A program made the position numbers and the translations under genes. Of a stretch of 17,665 bases of DNA, positions 15,484 to 17,665 are shown piece by piece. Source of the stretch: Candidatus Undinarchaeota archaeon (GTDB lineage: Archaea > Undinarchaeota > Undinarchaeia > Undinarchaeales > UBA543); the NCBI GenBank assembly GCA_964636545.1, contig CAZWSR010000013.1, positions 1 to 17,665 of the forward strand, given 5' to 3'. Each line of letters opens with the position of its first letter. Positions within the stretch are counted from its first letter, which is position 1. The notes beneath the pieces are model-generated. The model did not search any database and was not told the origin of the DNA. It saw nothing but the letters and a program-made list of their open reading frames with translations.

Positions 15484-16203
15484 ATGAAAAACTTACAAAA
15501 ACGGTTCTGGGAAGTGGATTTCTTACGCGGAATAGCGATTATAATGATGATTGTTTTCCACATTATTGATGATATTAACTTTTTTATGTGGAACACTTTT
15601 AATACTAGCAGCGGATTTTGGTATTATCTTGCTCGTCTAACTGTGATGATTTTTCTGCTTTTGGTTGGAATTTCATTAACTTTGAGTTTTTCAAGAAATA
15701 AAAATGCACCTTGGATGAAATATTTGAAACGCGGTTTGAAAATATTTTCATGGGGATTGTTGATTACTCTTATGACGTGGATATTTTTCAGAAGAGGATT
15801 TGTAATGTTTGGAGTGCTTCACATGATAGGGGTTTCAATTATTCTTGCTTATCCATTTTTGAAGCTCAAGTATTGGAATCTTGGAATAGGTGCTGTTTTT
15901 GTTATAGCTGGAATATTGCTGAAAAATTTGGTTTTTGGTTTTAGCTGGCTTGTGTGGCTCGGACTCAAGCCAACTACGTTTTACACTGTTGATTATATCC
16001 CAATTCTTCCATGGTTCGGCGTGGTTCTGATTGGAATTTTCCTTGGGAATTGGCTTTATTCTGGGTACAAACGACAATTTAGTTTACCAGACTTGTCAAA
16101 AAATCCGATTGTGAAAGTGTTTTGCTGGCTTGGTCAAAAATCGCTTATTATTTATTTAATACACCAGCCATTGTTGATTGGAGTGCTCTACCTTCTCCTA
16201 TAG
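15484..16203 (+). CDS. DUF1624 / heparan-alpha-glucosaminide N-acetyltransferase-domain membrane protein
   Basis: RFWEVDFLRGIAIIMMIVFH, FGVLHMIG, DYIPILPWFG, LGQKSLIIYLIHQP. Confidence 0.85.
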   Translation: MKNLQKRFWEVDFLRGIAIIMMIVFHIIDDINFFMWNTFNTSSGFWYYLARLTVMIFLLLVGISLTLSFSRNKNAPWMKYLKRGLKIFSWGLLITLMTWIFFRRGFVMFGVLHMIGVSIILAYPFLKLKYWNLGIGAVFVIAGILLKNLVFGFSWLVWLGLKPTTFYTVDYIPILPWFGVVLIGIFLGNWLYSGYKRQFSLPDLSKNPIVKVFCWLGQKSLIIYLIHQPLLIGVLYLLL

Positions 16204-16225
16204 ACTTTTATAATAAGAGGAGATA

Positions 16226-16876
16226 GTGAAGGACATGGAAAAGAAGGAAATAGCTGAAATATTACTAAGCTCAAAAGCAGTTACTCTGAGCCCAGACAAA
16301 CCGTATACTTATGCATCTGGAATCAAGAGCCCGATTTATTGCGACAACAGATTGTTATTATCAGATGTTGAAGCTCGAAGAAAGATTGTCGATTCTTTTG
16401 AAGAAATGTTTAAAGAAAAAGGGGTTGCCTTTGATAGTGTGGCAGGAACAGCAACTGCAGGGATTCCTTGGGCTGCGTGGGTTGCTGAAGAGGAAAATGC
16501 TCCACTCATTTATGTAAGGTCTAATAAGAAAGAGCACGGGAAGAAGAACAAAATTGAGGGGAAAGTTAGGAAAGGAAAGAAAACTCTAGTGATTGAGGAT
16601 TTGATAAGTACTGGGGGAAGTTCAGTCAGTGCTGTTGAAGCTGTGAAACAAGCAGGAGCGAAAGTTGATACCTGCGCAGCGATTTTCACTTACGAAATGA
16701 AGAAAGCAGAGGATAGATTCAAACGAATTAATTGCAATATACTTGCACTTACAGATTTTTCAACCCTTGTTGAAGTTGCTGTTGAGAAAAAATATATTAC
16801 TAAGAAACAGGCGAGTGTGATTGCGGATTGGAATAAAAACCCTGAGAGTTGGGGTGAAAAATATGGGTTTTATTGA
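16226..16876 (+). CDS. pyrE: Orotate phosphoribosyltransferase
   Basis: ASGIKSPIYCDNR, YVRSNKKEHG, PRPP loop VIEDLISTGGS. GAGGAG before GTG 16226 (ATG 16235 is an alternative start). Confidence 0.95.
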   Translation: MKDMEKKEIAEILLSSKAVTLSPDKPYTYASGIKSPIYCDNRLLLSDVEARRKIVDSFEEMFKEKGVAFDSVAGTATAGIPWAAWVAEEENAPLIYVRSNKKEHGKKNKIEGKVRKGKKTLVIEDLISTGGSSVSAVEAVKQAGAKVDTCAAIFTYEMKKAEDRFKRINCNILALTDFSTLVEVAVEKKYITKKQASVIADWNKNPESWGEKYGFY

Positions 16877-16924
16877 AAGGAAAACTTTAAATTAGATAAA
16901 AAAGCTCTAACAAGACATAATTGT

Positions 16925-16997
16925 GCCTCTGTAGCTTAGTTGGTAGAGCGGCTGACTGTTAATCAGCAGGTCGTAGGTTCGACTCCTACCGGGGGCG
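16925..16997 (+). tRNA. tRNA-Asn(GTT), no intron
   Basis: GCCTCTG/CGGGGGC-G; anticodon arm GCTGA-CT-GTT-AA-TCAGC; GGTTCGACTCC. Confidence 0.96.
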
Positions 16998-17008
16998 CTT
17001 ATTTCTTT

Positions 17009-17665
17009 TTAAAGCAAAAATTTCTCTCCTTCAATTTTCTCAGGCAAATATTTCTTTGCAACAAAATCAAGTGACTTGTTAGCCAATGCCTGTTGTTCAA
17101 TACGCACCCCTTTTTCTTCCATAAGCTTTAGCTGGCGGACCCAAACTTTGTTCCTTTTGAACCATGGATATTCCAATTCTTCACGGATACGCTTTTTGTC
17201 AACTTCTTTTAGTTTCTCTGTAACATTTTTCAAATCATAAGTTTCAATATCATCCATTGTCATTCCAACGTACTTTGAATTAGGTACTGCATAGCGGTCT
17301 GACAAATGAGCAAGTTCAATTGAACCGTATTTTAGAACAGAGTAGATGTAGAATCCATATGGATCTCCATCAACAAAAGCAATAACTGGAAGTTTTAGCT
17401 TGTCACTCATTATTTTGATAAAGCGTCTTACTCCACGAGGGAACATACCTTCACCAGTTATCAAAAGACAATTCAGTTTTTTGTAAATCTTTTCCTGAAT
17501 TAAACGGGACATCATAGCATCGTTCTCTATTGCAAGAATAAAGTCTGCTTTGTGATTGATGACTTCAACATCCTCAACAAAACCAGGAATAGCCCATCCA
17601 CCACGACCAAGTTTTGAACAATCAAAAGTGTCGCCTGCTTGTGATAATGTAATGTCTCCATAAAT
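17009..17665 (-). CDS. top6A: DNA topoisomerase VI subunit A, C-terminal TOPRIM part (5' end outside window)
   Basis: Frame is open to the window edge (IYGDITL...DCSKLGRGGWAIP...FILAIENDA); ITGEGMFP, DGDPYG, RIEQQAL, YLPEKI motifs. Confidence 0.93.
   Translation of the reverse strand: MYGDITLSQAGDTFDCSKLGRGGWAIPGFVEDVEVINHKADFILAIENDAMMSRLIQEKIYKKLNCLLITGEGMFPRGVRRFIKIMSDKLKLPVIAFVDGDPYGFYIYSVLKYGSIELAHLSDRYAVPNSKYVGMTMDDIETYDLKNVTEKLKEVDKKRIREELEYPWFKRNKVWVRQLKLMEEKGVRIEQQALANKSLDFVAKKYLPEKIEGEKFLL

Noticed and set aside
2038-16517. Remaining short alternative-frame and antisense ORFs inside acs, virB4, ileS, the lipoprotein, permease and pyr genes
   Set aside because: Nested in well-supported genes and lacking recognisable motifs.

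Overview
Core-genome region of an AT-rich archaeon. The divergent 16S, intron-containing RNAs, tandem-domain Lrp and solitary VirB4 suggest a DPANN-like lineage (inference). Contents: the 5' part of a 16S rRNA gene carrying a 53-nt bulge-helix-bulge (BHB) intron inside the 515F/519F primer site; four tRNA genes (Leu-CAA with intron, Glu-TTC, Ile-TAT with intron, Asn-GTT) plus an extra tRNA-Leu 5' half; and genes for a CDP-alcohol phosphatidyltransferase, Acs, two Lrp/AsnC proteins, a VirB4-like ATPase, IleRS, a C39-like lipoprotein, an APC permease, an HTH regulator, PyrF, DUF1624, PyrE and Top6A (partial). The most striking signal is a candidate isoleucine-sensing unit on the minus strand. 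A 12-codon leader ORF (MNTDTSIIIIIR; Ile codons ATT ATC ATA ATA ATA) with two hairpins precedes ileS, and the ileS stop codon lies inside a rare tRNA-Ile(UAU) gene, the tRNA that would read the leader's ATA codons.
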